From NCBI GenBank assembly GCA_047495785.1, contig JBLDXI010000042.1, positions 3,720,001 through 3,784,000 on the forward strand: a stretch of DNA of 64,000 nt. Direction: 5' to 3'. Below, piece after piece: positions 13,701 to 25,523 of this stretch (the stretch's first letter is position 1; each line of letters starts with the position of its first letter). The DNA is from Lepidodermella squamata (Eukaryota; Animalia; Gastrotricha). The translations under genes and the position numbers were made by a program. Below the pieces are notes generated by a model, which saw nothing but the letters and a program-made list of their open reading frames with translations, was not told the origin of the DNA and did no database searches.

Positions 13701-13821
13701 AGTTCCTCTCCGCCCGACGACGACTGACTACTTGCCAGGTGAAGGCCTTAGTTTTAAACAAGGGAAGGACTCTGGTCGCATGAAAGGGAAGCCGCAAATG
13801 CCCTTCAACCGTAAAAAATAA
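10708..13821 (+). pseudogene. MULE transposase (DDE + SWIM) spliced to a Ulp1/C48-like protease; disabled
   Basis: LLDTTFKTN, FIVDKD, LLCIFH, NTTGRVERFFGSLK; SWIM CSC-x8-PCHH; protease HW...NSL...QQSNGFDCGVYA; introns 12202-12253 and 12801-12858; in-frame TAA at 11458 and +1 frameshift at ~11974. Confidence 0.85.
12895..13023 (+). repeat. (CAG)n-rich minisatellite encoding QPG(E/D)QQQQ repeats in the transposase-protease linker
   Basis: Five CCGGGCGA(G/T)(CAG)n units seen directly. Confidence 0.9.
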
Positions 13822-14902
13822 CTTACTGTTTTTTGTTTCTTTTTTGTATTTTGAGTAATGGCTAATGGCTAGAGGAAAAATGGGTTAATAAACCGTTTCC
13901 GCTTTGTTACCTGGTGTCTTAATCGGTTTTAACGCGTGTGTTGAAATAGCCAATAGCGCGCACGCACCACTTAACACCACTTGTTCGAGTAGCCAGTCAC
14001 GCAAACACACTGTGTTCGAATAGCAATTGCGTGACACACAATTCTGTGTCCGAATAGCCACATCCAATTAATAATGCCCCACGCAATAAATTCTGATGTT
14101 ATTTTGTTTTGCGCAGTTGACATATTTTGGGTAATCTGAGTCGGGGAATTTCGGTGGATATTCCTAAAGTGTGGCGGAATCAAGCTAGTGTCTCCACCTG
14201 AATGAATAGTGTCTCCAGACTTTTAAGCAATACTTTGGGGAATCCTATTTGAGGTCCTGTTTGATTTCAAAATTGATTTAAAATCCTCAAGAAAAACTGA
14301 GTAAGAACATTTTTGAATCCAAGAGTCGTCCTTCTTCAAGTCAACACATTTTTGCGATCTGCTGGAAAATACAGAAAACTGCACGTATATGGTCATTTAA
14401 TTTTTCCAAGTTGGTAATCCCCATTTTTCATTTGAGTATGTCGCCATTGAAGATACCACATTTTATATATGCAATCAAATGAAAACGGGTATATTTGGAT
14501 CAAATGATTCATTGCAGCTTATTTCTAAGAATAGCATTATTTATGTACCACAACGCCACGCCTTTTTTGTTTCCCCAGCTGCGCCAATATTTTTTACTGA
14601 TCATGAATCACCGTGTAGTGCGAAATATCGATCAGTCAGCGGCCGCCCACGGCGCGCGCCCTAAAATATGATTCACCCTCTCGCAGCTCGTTATTGCGCC
14701 GCTAACCATTGATAGAAAGAAATATAGGCATCCAGTACTCTGCTTCGCGCTTCCTCTCATGACCCGCCGATGGTATATAAGGAGCGCCAATTGCCGTCAT
14801 ATGAAATCTTCATTCGGCTTATTGTTTGATCTGTAAAAAAGACTCCTGCTTTTCGTCTCAACAACTAAATTATCTAATATTTCTGCCATCGATAAAAAAG
14901 AC

Positions 14903-16673
14903 ATGAGTGTTGTGGAGCCGCAAGCGAGCGTCGTCGAGCTGACGATTTCTTGCCGAAGGCTCTTGGACATGGACCTGTTCTCGAAATCCGACCCTATGTG
15001 CGTCGTCTTCCTCAAAAACCCAGTTCGAAAGACCTGGGCCGAAATCGGCCGCACTGAAACAGTTTGGGACAACCTCAATCCAGAATTCTCTCGAAAAATA
15101 ATCGTGCCTTTCGCATTCGAGGAATACCAAATGCTGCGTTTCGAGTTGTATGACATCGATGCGGAAGATACGGATCTGTCGAAACACGACTTTCTCGGCA
15201 GTCTCGATGTTTCACTAAGCGAAATAGTCGCATCAAATGGCTTGAAAGCGTTCGAACGGCCTTTAGAGGGCAAGAAAGGTAAGGGCAAGCATGGCACTAT
15301 CCGAATCGTAGCCGAGGAAGTTTCCAGCTGCCGCGACGAGTTTTGCCTACAACTCGGGGCAAAAGATCTACCGCTTAGTTACTTCGGCCTTGGAAATCTG
15401 ATGGGCTGGAGTTCGTATTTCTACGAAATTCACAAAACGACCGAATCAACCGGCTACTCCCTAATCTATCGAAGCGAGACTGTGAAGGCTTATCGGGCAG
15501 TTTCTTGGAAGCAAGTCACTCTCAACAGCTATACTCTGTGCAACGGCGATTTAGATCGGAGTTTGAAAATCACCCTCAAGCGATATCGATCAAATGGTTC
15601 GCACAAGAAAATCGGCGAATGCAACACTACAATCCGAAGTTTGATGGATTTGACGAGCGATCACTCAATGCCTTGCCAGCTCCGCTTGACATCCAACAAA
15701 ACAACCACCTTCACGCTCATTTCATTCAGCAAGGGGTCACACTCGACTTTTCTCGACTTCATTCGGATAGGGTAATTAGATTTCATGTCTTAGACTTCAA
15801 AATCGAATTGTTTCCTATTTTAGGGGTGTGGATATGCATTGTTTCGTTGCGATCGATTTTACGTCATCTAACGGAGCTCCGACTCATCCTAATTCGCTCC
15901 ACTACATGAATCCTAGAGAGCCGAATCAATATCAAACTGCTTTACGATCTGTGCTTGAAATCATTCAAGATTACGATTCTGACAAGCAGTTCCCAGTTCT
16001 CGGATTTGGAGCCCTAATCCCGCCAAGTTGGCAAGTCAGCCATCAGTTTTTCGTGAATATGAGCCCGACCAATCCTTACTGCTATGGTGTTGAGGGAGTA
16101 ATGGAAGCCTACGCCAGAGCCTTGCCCGTCGTTCGTCTTCATGGCCCGACCAACTTCGCGCCGATCATCAGTCACGTCGCAAGGTTCGCCACCACCCATC
16201 GCGACGGCACTCACTATTTCGTTCTGCTCATAATCACCGATGGCCTCATTTCGGACATGCCTCAAACTACAGACGCTATTGTTGCGGCGAGTGGTCTACC
16301 TATTTCGATTATCATTGTCGGGGTCGGCTCAGCTGATTTCTCGGCAATGGACGTTCTCGATGCAGACGATGAGCCACTTATCGATTCTCAGGGTAGGAAA
16401 ATGCAACGTGATATCGTTCAGTTTGTGCCTTTCAACGAAATCTTGCGGCGAGCTAACAACAGTATGACCCTCGCGAAGGTGGATCTAGCTCGAGAGGTTC
16501 TATTCGAAATTCCTGGTCAATTTCTCAGCTACATGAAGTCCATCGGCGTGACGGCGGAAATGTTAGCTGCGAGAGGTCCTTACATTCCGAGAGAAAACAG
16601 CGAATTACACGTTGCTGACATGCAAAGATCGGCTACCTTGCTTTCAAATCTGACTAGCGTGAGTCAACGATAG
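14903..16673 (+). CDS. CPNE: Copine (C2A-C2B-vWA); exons 14903-15771, 15824-16673
   Basis: LLDMDLFSKSDP, LRFELYDID, TFLDFI.GG, VAIDFTSSNG, DYDSDKQFPVLGFGA, GPTNFAPII, LLIITDG, RDIVQFVPF. Confidence 0.94.
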
Positions 16674-17020
16674 CCTGTTACTATTCTGGTTTCGAAAGCT
16701 ATCCTCCATTCTTCAAGTCTGCTGCTCTATCAATCACAGATACGTTGTGTCCCGTAATAATCTCTTGCCCTCTCTTGCCAATGTTGCATTTTTGTGCTTT
16801 TTATGCGAAATCGATGAATTATTTTTGTGGTTACCATTCACCCAGCGGAAGAATAAAACAATTTACAAGTGTTTTTATTTAATTCGGATTAAGTTAACTG
16901 ATTTAAGAGAGCATCCGAAATCCGAAGTCTTGGATCGCTTGAGAGCCAGTTAGGCAGCAAGAAGCTTGAAGCTTGTGCAACTTATTCAAGCATATCCATA
17001 AGACAGTAATCTTGAGCTTA

Positions 17021-18572
17021 TCATTCTAGCTTTAGCTTTTTATCATTTTCGTCCATATTTTCGTCATCATCCGTGCAGAATTTCCCTCCGAGCAGTGCTA
17101 CGTTTGGAATGGGTGCAATGCGAGGTGCAGAGATTGGTCTCTCTCCAGGTCTAGCAGCGGCGTTGTAGTCGTGGGTTTCCGTATAATCCGCATAGACCAA
17201 TCGATCGCCCCTCACGTCAACCAAAACTCGACCAGCACCTCGATTATTCACATTACTTCCTTCATTCAAATCGAAAGCTAATTGCCCTCTCCGCTCTCCG
17301 GTCAGCGCATGCAGTTTTTCAGGCCCATGTAAGCCGGATTCGATAACAGCCCTGGCTTCGCTTCGCTGCTGATCTACCTGCGCCATTCTATTCGCCACCA
17401 CTTCTTTGTCCAACGAAACACCGTTCACAACTTGCTTTTGTTGCTGTTGCAGAGATGCTTTCTCTTGAGTCGCTTGCTTTATCGACACCCGAGCCCGCTC
17501 CAATTTATCAAGATTATCAGGCTTTACCTGTTCCTGCACTAGCTTCTTCGTCGGTCCTGAGTTCAGCTCCTGAAGTTTTTTGGAAATGGCTTGCTGTTTT
17601 TCATCGGTTAATTTGTTTCCTTCAACTGATTTCGACTCCTTGACGAGATTTTGATTGACCTTGTTTGTATAGGCAGTAGTGCGCACCGCTGCTCCTCTTG
17701 CACATTCTGCTGTAGTCGCGACCGTAGCAGAAGCAGCGGCTGTTAGAAGCGTTCGTTTCAAGTCAACCTAACAACAAAGTTTGTTATGCCTAACGTTAAA
17801 ACAAAGCTCTACCTTAGAAATATCGAAGTCATTTTCAACTGCTTGAATTGACACGTCCGTTAGACCAGCAGTTGTCGCCTGAGATGTAACCCTGGCTACT
17901 CCTTGAACTATACTACTCGATACGTTTTGAGTCGCTGCACTGACCGCTTGTCCTGACGCGCCGCCGACTAGGCCACAAACTGCGCCAATACCAACGGCCT
18001 TTGCGAACGAACCAGCTGAAACGTCTTCGCCTTTCACAGCTTTGGCTGTCTCGGAAACCACCCCACTGACAACTCCCGTTGAAGCTCCAGCTCCGATCTG
18101 AATGCCAACTTTAGCAGCAGTGCTAGCAGTTTTGGCCAGTACAGTGCCTCCAACACTGAGGCCACCTGAAGCTACCCCGATCACAGAACCGACGGCAACG
18201 TCCGAGGCCAAATCCTTTGCGTTCATTCTCTCGCCAGCGATTTTTTTAGAGAGTGGATTTGAAATAAAGGACGCGCCACCCCCAATCATCACGCCGCCAG
18301 CAATAATTGCAGCTACGCCACCAGTTAGAACTGTGAGAGCGACACCTCCTGTTAAAAATTGTTAAAAAGTCGAAAATGGTGATGACTCTCAGAATAATAG
18401 CATCACCTCCAACTAGACCAGCCCCGGCAACAACTGAGAGCGCGCCTTTAATAAAAGAAGCCTTAAGAGATTCTTGACATCTGCAGCTGCAAGCAGCGGG
18501 GTCTTCGCACATCTTTCGATTTACGTACTTGCCACGACATTTATTTCCGCGACAAGCAGAGCATTTCCCCAT
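17021..18572 (-). CDS. 482-aa protein: Cys-rich N-terminus, glycine-zipper hydrophobic helices, coiled coil, C-terminal RelE/HigB/YafQ-like motif; exons 18572-18407, 18348-17813, 17767-17021
   Basis: Three minus-strand ORFs join in frame through GT-AG introns (58 and 45 bp), total 1449 nt; motif LHALTGERRGQLAFDL...GRVLVD...THDY. Confidence 0.8.
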
Positions 18573-19500
18573 GTTGTAAATAAAAACAACCCTGTGGTGT
18601 GGAAAACGAAAAACGAAAATTCTTTAGAGGTTGGGGTTACCTCTGAAAAAACTCTTTAGCATAACGGAGGTCGAGAAGCAGGCCCCGAATCGAGAGCAGG
18701 GGTTTTAGTCATCTGAATCAACGGTCATTGGATGAATAAAAAGGAGAAGATCTCCATGTGCGATTGAGAATTAATTAAGAAAAAAATCAAAGATTTAAAG
18801 ACCCAAGAGTGCAAAAATGTCTGCAAAAATATATATAAAAAAACATATGGAAGGACATGGGGTTGGAAAGGAGGAACTTGGTAATTTTTTTCGAAGTGAA
18901 GAAGTGAAGTGCTAAAGGAAAAAAGAAAGGGTGTAGGTACATTTTCCTATCATCATTTTTGGGACTTTCACCAACCGGAAACCGGAAAATTCTAATTTCA
19001 CCAAAATTTCACCATCAAATTAGGGCTTTCGCCAACGAAACGGAAACTGCTATCAATTTGGGTAATTTTGCCAACAAAATACGGGATCTTTTCATAGTGA
19101 ATGAATTTATTCGAGCTGGATTTGCAACAAAATGCGACACGCGACTACGTATTAAGCCACCCGGCGCCATATCCCCCAACGCCCAATATAATATTATTTA
19201 GTTTAAAAAATAAAAAAAACCCATAGGTTCCCCTGTCTTCATTTTTTAGTTTCTGCTCAAAAATAGTAGAGGTGGCCCTTTATCTAACGATACCAGGTTA
19301 ACGATTCCCTCCCAGATAATTTTAAAAAATTAACCTAAAAGGGCCATAAATGCTCATTTTTGGCAAGAATGACTGCCATTCTTCTGCCGAGGTTAACTCG
19401 TCCGGAACAGTTTCTACATTTTAGAAAAATTATAATAGTTTATCCACGTTGAGAATTTTCTCTATCTGGCGATATATACAGTTTGTCTGATATATATTTA

Positions 19501-19796
19501 ATTTCGCTTTTCCGATTTTTTCGGACGTGCAACTTGGACTTCGAATTCTCTCGCCGCGTTGCTTCATTCAGAGATATCCTAGCAAACAGGTCGATTTCAT
19601 CTACTCGCAGAAAATTAATTTTTCATTGTGAAATTCCATTTTATAAAACAAAATGAAATGGAATTTTATTATTGAAAATTAATTTTCTGCGAGCAGATGA
19701 AATCGACCCGTTTGCTAGGATATCTCTGAATGAAGCAACGCGGCGAGAGAATTCGAAGTCCAAGTTGCACGTCCGAAAAAATCGGAAAAGCGAAAT
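19501..19796. repeat. Long near-perfect inverted repeat, ~125-bp arms (MITE or fold-back)
   Basis: 19501-19625 is the reverse complement of ~19673-19796 with few mismatches; the spacer is also partly self-complementary. Confidence 0.9.
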
Positions 19797-20004
19797 ACAA
19801 TACTTGCCGCACAAATTTCACGCTATTTTCGATAAATTCTCTATCAAAAATTTGACATTTCGCCACGTTTTTTTTTACTGACTGAATCCCGTCGTTTTTC
19901 ACGCGCATTTTTTAGCGATAAAAGTCGAACCAATAATTATCATCGAACAAATCATCAAAAACAGTGTAGTAGTTGGTTAAATACGGCGCTTCAGGTTGAA
20001 AAAA

Positions 20005-21400
20005 TTAATTGTCGCCTCGACCGCGATGCAGGCCATTCATCGCCAAATAGTCAGTTAACCGAGTCTAGAAATACCGAAATAAAATAAATTAAATTAAAAT
20101 GAACAGAAATACCGGAAAATCCGTCATAATTCCATGAACGCCTTTTCCCAGCGCGACTTCAAAATGTTCCGGCTGTTGAACAACCCAAACAATGATTCGA
20201 ACACCTCGACGCTCAAGGTGCGAAAATAAATGTCGATTAAAAAGAGCTCTGGAAAAAATTAAATATTTTTCGGAAAATTAATCCTCCACAAATATTACTT
20301 GTGAACTACTCTCAACGTCCCTTCCAATAACTTTTCGGAGAAAGTTGTTGCGACGTCTGGGGTTAAACTGAAACAATTGAAAATCATGAATATTCGCGAA
20401 ATTCCAAGAAAGACTAACCCCATATCCGAATACTGAAACGGCAGTTCGAAGAAGCCTTCCCGAAGCGGCATAAACGGAAGCAGCCCGAGGTAGAAAGACA
20501 CCACAATAGTGATGACTCGTTGAAATGAGAATATTTTATGTACATCAGGATTCTAGAAAAAAACATTTCAAAAAACGAAATTAATCAGGGGAAAGCGCTA
20601 ACCAGGTCAAACGCTTTTCGCGCCTTTGTTTCGTCGTTATTGCCCCAAATCGTAATATCAGCTCGGTCGTATTTTCTTATCAGCCGATCAACTTCGTAAA
20701 TAATAACATCCGACCCGACTTTTGTGTCAATATTGACCGGGACGTCGGGAAATTCGCGAAACACATCCTCGAGGAGCGGAATTTTTCGATCGTCTCCCTT
20801 AGCAATATGACCTAGATTCGGACAAGTTTCAATTTTCATAGTTTTCTTCGGAATTTTTTTCAATTTCTTACTAGGCTCGAAGTGAAGTCGTAATTCAGGT
20901 TTCAGAAGAGGCAAATCTTCGTACAAAACGTCTTCGATATTTACGTTAACACCGGTGAGTCCTAATTGGAAACAATTATATAAAAAATGGATGGTAAAAT
21001 TCAAACAAACTGAGCAAATTGGAGTCGTGGGAAACCACAACCTGACCGTCCTTAGTTGCATGGCAATCCAGCTCAAGCAGATCAGTCCCCAGCTCAACAG
21101 CACTACTAGTAAAATTGATTAAAATTTGAGAAAAATAATCTATAAAAATTCGATTTACTGTCTGAATGCACCGATTGTATTTTCGAGTTGTTCACCGGCT
21201 CCTGCGATCGGGAAAAATTTCAAAGAAATTATAGAAATTTCGAGGGAAAATATCTAACCTCCTCTATGACTGCAATGAAGAGTTCGAAATCTGATGAATT
21301 TTTTGCGATGAAGAAGGCCAGGAAATCGCCAAAGAATAAACGACGTCAAAGCGTAGACCAGGCCAAAAGAGCCGATGTAAAACCCGAGGCTGGTCTCCAT
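20005..21400 (-). CDS. GDPD1: Glycerophosphodiester phosphodiesterase / lysophospholipase D, GDPD1/GDPD3 (GDE4/GDE7) family, multi-exon
   Basis: N-terminal TM, then SHRGGAGEQLENT, ELDCHATKDGQVVVSHD, IPLLEDVFREFPDVPVNIDTK, FYLGLLPFMPL, HLERRGVRIIVW, GVHGIMTDFP. Confidence 0.9.
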
Positions 21401-23789
21401 CTAAAACACAAAAATTATTCACGTGTGTTAAATTCCGGCTCTTTGGATCACACATAAAAAATGCGTATAATGCCGCAAAAAAACAGAAGAGTCACGTTAC
21501 AATTTAATCCACGTGTCGTTCACGAAAAAAACTTCTTATTATACAATGAAAACGCTGCCGTGCAATCGATACCTATATAGACGAGTATTGATTGCGAAAA
21601 AAATCGTGGTTCAAAGTCAATTATTTAAATTGCACGGGCACGAAAGAAAAACGGTTCACCATCTGCATGTGTGTGTGTGTGTGTGTATCTCGGGAGTTTT
21701 ATTACTAGGCCAAGCAAAAAAAAAACGTGCCCACCTTGAATTATTACATGCGATAGTAAAATTCTGTACTATTATTTATTCGTACTGCGCCTAGCGGGGT
21801 ATGAAATAATAAACACGGTGAGCAGCAGGAGGAATTATTTCTGGCCGATATAACCCGGGTTATTACATGCGATTATTACAGCCCTAGTAGCATGCAGTGG
21901 GCCCATCTAGTTGGGTCATTCACAGCCTTTGAGCTGTTCAGTTGCTCGTGTAAACGAAAACTGTGTCTGATGAATGGGCGAAAATGCTGTGTATATAAGA
22001 AATTTTATCGATGTCTTGTAATACTAGTGGAGTATTGACCTAAGTATCGTTATTATTATTTTGCATTACAACGGCTGCGGAAGCAACATACTATACGTAT
22101 ATATGTAGTATGTGTTTCCTACATTATCTGTCGCATCCGCGCCGCTGCTATCGATTGAATTTCGACTAGCCCCCTAATATATGGGGATATTCACGAACTG
22201 TCGCGCATGATTGAAAAATTTGCCTAAGAATAAGTATTTGTTGCTATTATTATAACACAAAAAAGTCCCATTATCCTAATACCAGAAAAGCCCTCATATC
22301 GAATTTACGAGGTTATTATAACAAGAGCGGAAAAAAGAAACAGTTCGAGACGAAAAAAACGGCGGGAGATGACGAAAAATCGCAAAACTGTAAAAAATGC
22401 AAAATTCTTCAGCAAATCACGTGGTCGCGCTAATGAAGATGTTGTTCAATTAATGAACTGCGATCTTTTTCTAGCAGTTTCGACACAAAAATATCGTGTC
22501 TATACATAGAAAAACCGTTGCGTGTAATTGCACCGGCTTCCTGATCGTTATGCCGATAGTAGGTAGCATGTTGGCTTTGCCCAGTAGCAGTTATGCCTGT
22601 TTTTGCCAATAGCGGCAGCTGTTCTGCAACTGACCACTTCATCATGAAAATGTGGTAGTATGAGTTTCACGCATAGTAATAGCGGCAATGCAAAACTAGA
22701 TGCTTTGAAGTGCTAATAGAGATAGAGATATTTTTTTGGCATTTACGATTAATTTAACGGTACCCAGTTTGTTGCAAATTAGGGCCGAAATAAAGGGCAG
22801 AGAGGGCAAAGGTCATTTGAAGCAATAATGGGCAGTAGTATTCCGTAATAAAAGAGCCTTGTCATTTAAGCGCCTACTGTGTGCGAGTGATTGAAGCTTG
22901 TGGGTGCGATTATTGCTCGAAAGTAAATGAACTAAAATCTTCCTTAATCCAATGGGGTAGCCAACACCTCATGCATCTCTAGTCGCTGGTAGATGGCGGT
23001 AGCCAGCAGCATTCGGCGGTGATTATCTATGATTAGCTGTTGATCTAGTTACTGCTGAGATTTGCTGATGAGGTTCGAAAAACAACGGACAGAACCTAAA
23101 TACAAGGCAGGACTTGGAGGAACTCGTTTAAAAAAATATGAGGCAGTGTCTTATAATTCGTAAAAATACGGTAATTTGTTTTTCGTGTCTAGACATACTT
23201 CAGGGTGCCGATTTCCGATGGCTGCGAGAATTTTTGGAAATTTTACATTCTAGCCCTCCTAGATGAGAGCAAGTAAGGTGAAGAGGCGGATTGTCTAGAT
23301 TTACCCTCTGTTTGGTTGAGATGATAATGGAAAAGCGCAATCAGCGAAAAACATCGAGTAACATATCAAGCAAAGGACAATATTTTCAAAGTCGGACTTA
23401 TTCGGGACAAATGGTACAAGGTTCCCGCTTAATTAACGTAAAAACCATCAGGAGGGAATAATGTGCAAACACGACATAGACGGCTAGTACTGCCATACTG
23501 ATCTACGTTCAATCAATGATGGAGGAACATGAGACATCTGAGAACATGAAAAATCTAGGTCATAGTTAATATTTAAAGCTTTACCATACAAATGCATTTC
23601 GGCCTGGTGATTTAAGCCCAAAATCATCACGAGGAGACATTTCGAAGCAAGGAAGCTGGCTGAAAGGTGGAAGAAGCCTTGGAATGGCGTAAAAAAATCA
23701 AGATTTTTGAGGTGGATTTTTCATCTTCATGAATTTGAGTTCTCGCTAAAATTTCTCTGCGGCTTTGTGATGAACTAGGAACTAGGATC

Positions 23790-24745
23790 TGTTTTATGGG
23801 ACTGTCACCAAATTGCACTAAATTATCATAAAATTCCATGCTGCACGAAGTATATAGAACTCATCACGCTGATGAACATTATCCTGAGGGAGCGGCTACG
23901 TAACTATCTCCATTCTTGAGATAACCACTCAGCTAAGGTCACGTGACCAACTTCACATTGAATTTTCTCCGTAAAGGTAAGTAAATAATGCAAATATGAG
24001 GTTTTCGAATTCTTGCTCCTCGATTCTTTTCTTATCGATATATAGGACGTGACAATAGGAAACGAAAAATAACATATTGATGAGAAATTTCAATCGGTCA
24101 CTCCGTCAGTTGGTCGTTTTTTCACGAGACAGATCCGGACTATAATGCCATTTGAATGATTTGATTTACCTATATTTACCTATATAGCGATGGCACGAAC
24201 AATTCGCTCGCAACAACTTGACCTTGACCTACTTAATTTCACGGCTTCAATCGATTCGCTTGTCGTGCAAAAACCCTAGGTATCTCACTCACAGATGGTT
24301 CATTAATTTGCGTTCTGGCTAAAATTTCTTATGATTCTATCCTTTCGTTCACATCTTTGCGATAAGTTCTGGATGGAACTAGATGGAAAAAAATCTGTAT
24401 TAGGGTGACTACAACATTTTGTCTGCTCTGGGAAATCACACAATTTCGGTGAAGAGTGAAGACAGATAAAAATCGGTGTCTCTTGGCTCTTGGGCTTGGT
24501 AACAAGCCAGGACCTGCTTTGTGGGACTGTCACTAAACTAAAGTGTCATAAAATGAATGTTGCACGAAGTATCTATCATTTGTGACAAAAAATGCGTTTC
24601 TCTAGATACACCTGATCACGCTGATAAACCATTTCTTTGAGAGCGACTTCTCAACTATCAGGTAAAAGGTCACGTGACCAAATTCACAATGGTCTTTCTC
24701 TACAACGGTGAATGAATGAAAATATAAGTTTTCGATGAATTCTTA
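23790..24745. repeat. Diverged direct duplication of ~220 bp (~23790-24020 and ~24520-24745), each copy with palindrome GGTCACGTGACC
   Basis: Shared blocks GGGACTGTCAC, TGCACGAAGTAT, ATCACGCTGAT, AAGGTCACGTGACCAA.TTCACA. Confidence 0.7.
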
Positions 24746-25523
24746 CTCAATTCAAAATTTCCCCCAAATTTTCATCTTTGCTGAAATTTGTTGCAATTTC
24801 ATGTCGATCAATAGCTATAATTTTGTTTTTGAAATTATGCTTCCCCTGATGATTGCTGAATTTTGAAATGTTGAAAATTTTCAACGTCCAGTGAATTAGC
24901 GAATATTATAATAAATTTATTTTTATTTATTGTCTTCATTGTTTTATAAATTAAATTGATTTTTTATTGTTATATATCTTGTTTATAGAAATAAAATTGA
25001 TTGTTTTTACAGCAATCGTTTGAGGAGAATTTTCGGTGTGTCCGGAATAAATCATGAATAGGGCCGTACTTGAAAATTATACGGCCATAAATAATTGTTG
25101 TTCAAACTCCGACTTGTACTGAACATGGCAACATCTTCTCCACGTGACGGTGGGGCCATGAGTAATATTCAGGTAACAGGTAACAATCGTAGTATGCGCA
25201 ATTTTTAACGCTCACGCTCAAAAACGAGCCGCTTTTTGTTATTTAATCTCAACTGACACAGTTGTTGTGATGGTTTTATGAATGAAAGCAAAAAAGTTAC
25301 CTCATAACAAGCGTATATTAGAGTGCATAAAGCGCATAAACGAGTGGCCACACCGGCCGCCCACCGGAGCATGACCGATAAAGTGCGGCATCAGCGTATG
25401 CGATAGGTGTCCAAAACGCATATACGAAACTTTCAACCCACGCATCCCAACTCTGTGGCGTTAAATTGGCATCATTTTTGCATCAACAATATAAAACTTT
25501 TATTCACGTATTTCCTTCAAATA

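Larger units (their letters stand above)
10355..14065 (+). mobile_element. Full-length Mutator-like (MULE/Phantom-type) DNA transposon
   Basis: 9-bp TSD AATTAATAA at 10346-10354 and 14066-14074; TIRs GGA.G..GCTATTCGGACACAG built from ~30-bp tandem GGCTA(T/C)T(C/T)GAACAC units; internal MULE transposase. Confidence 0.92.

Noticed and set aside
19669-19908. Opposing ORFs of 69 and 79 aa
   Set aside because: Lie within the inverted repeat; no coding features
22430-22645. Possible upstream coding exon of GDPD (its ATG at 21400 directly follows a TTTTAG acceptor)
   Set aside because: No convincing donor or homology; an upstream exon probably exists but cannot be placed
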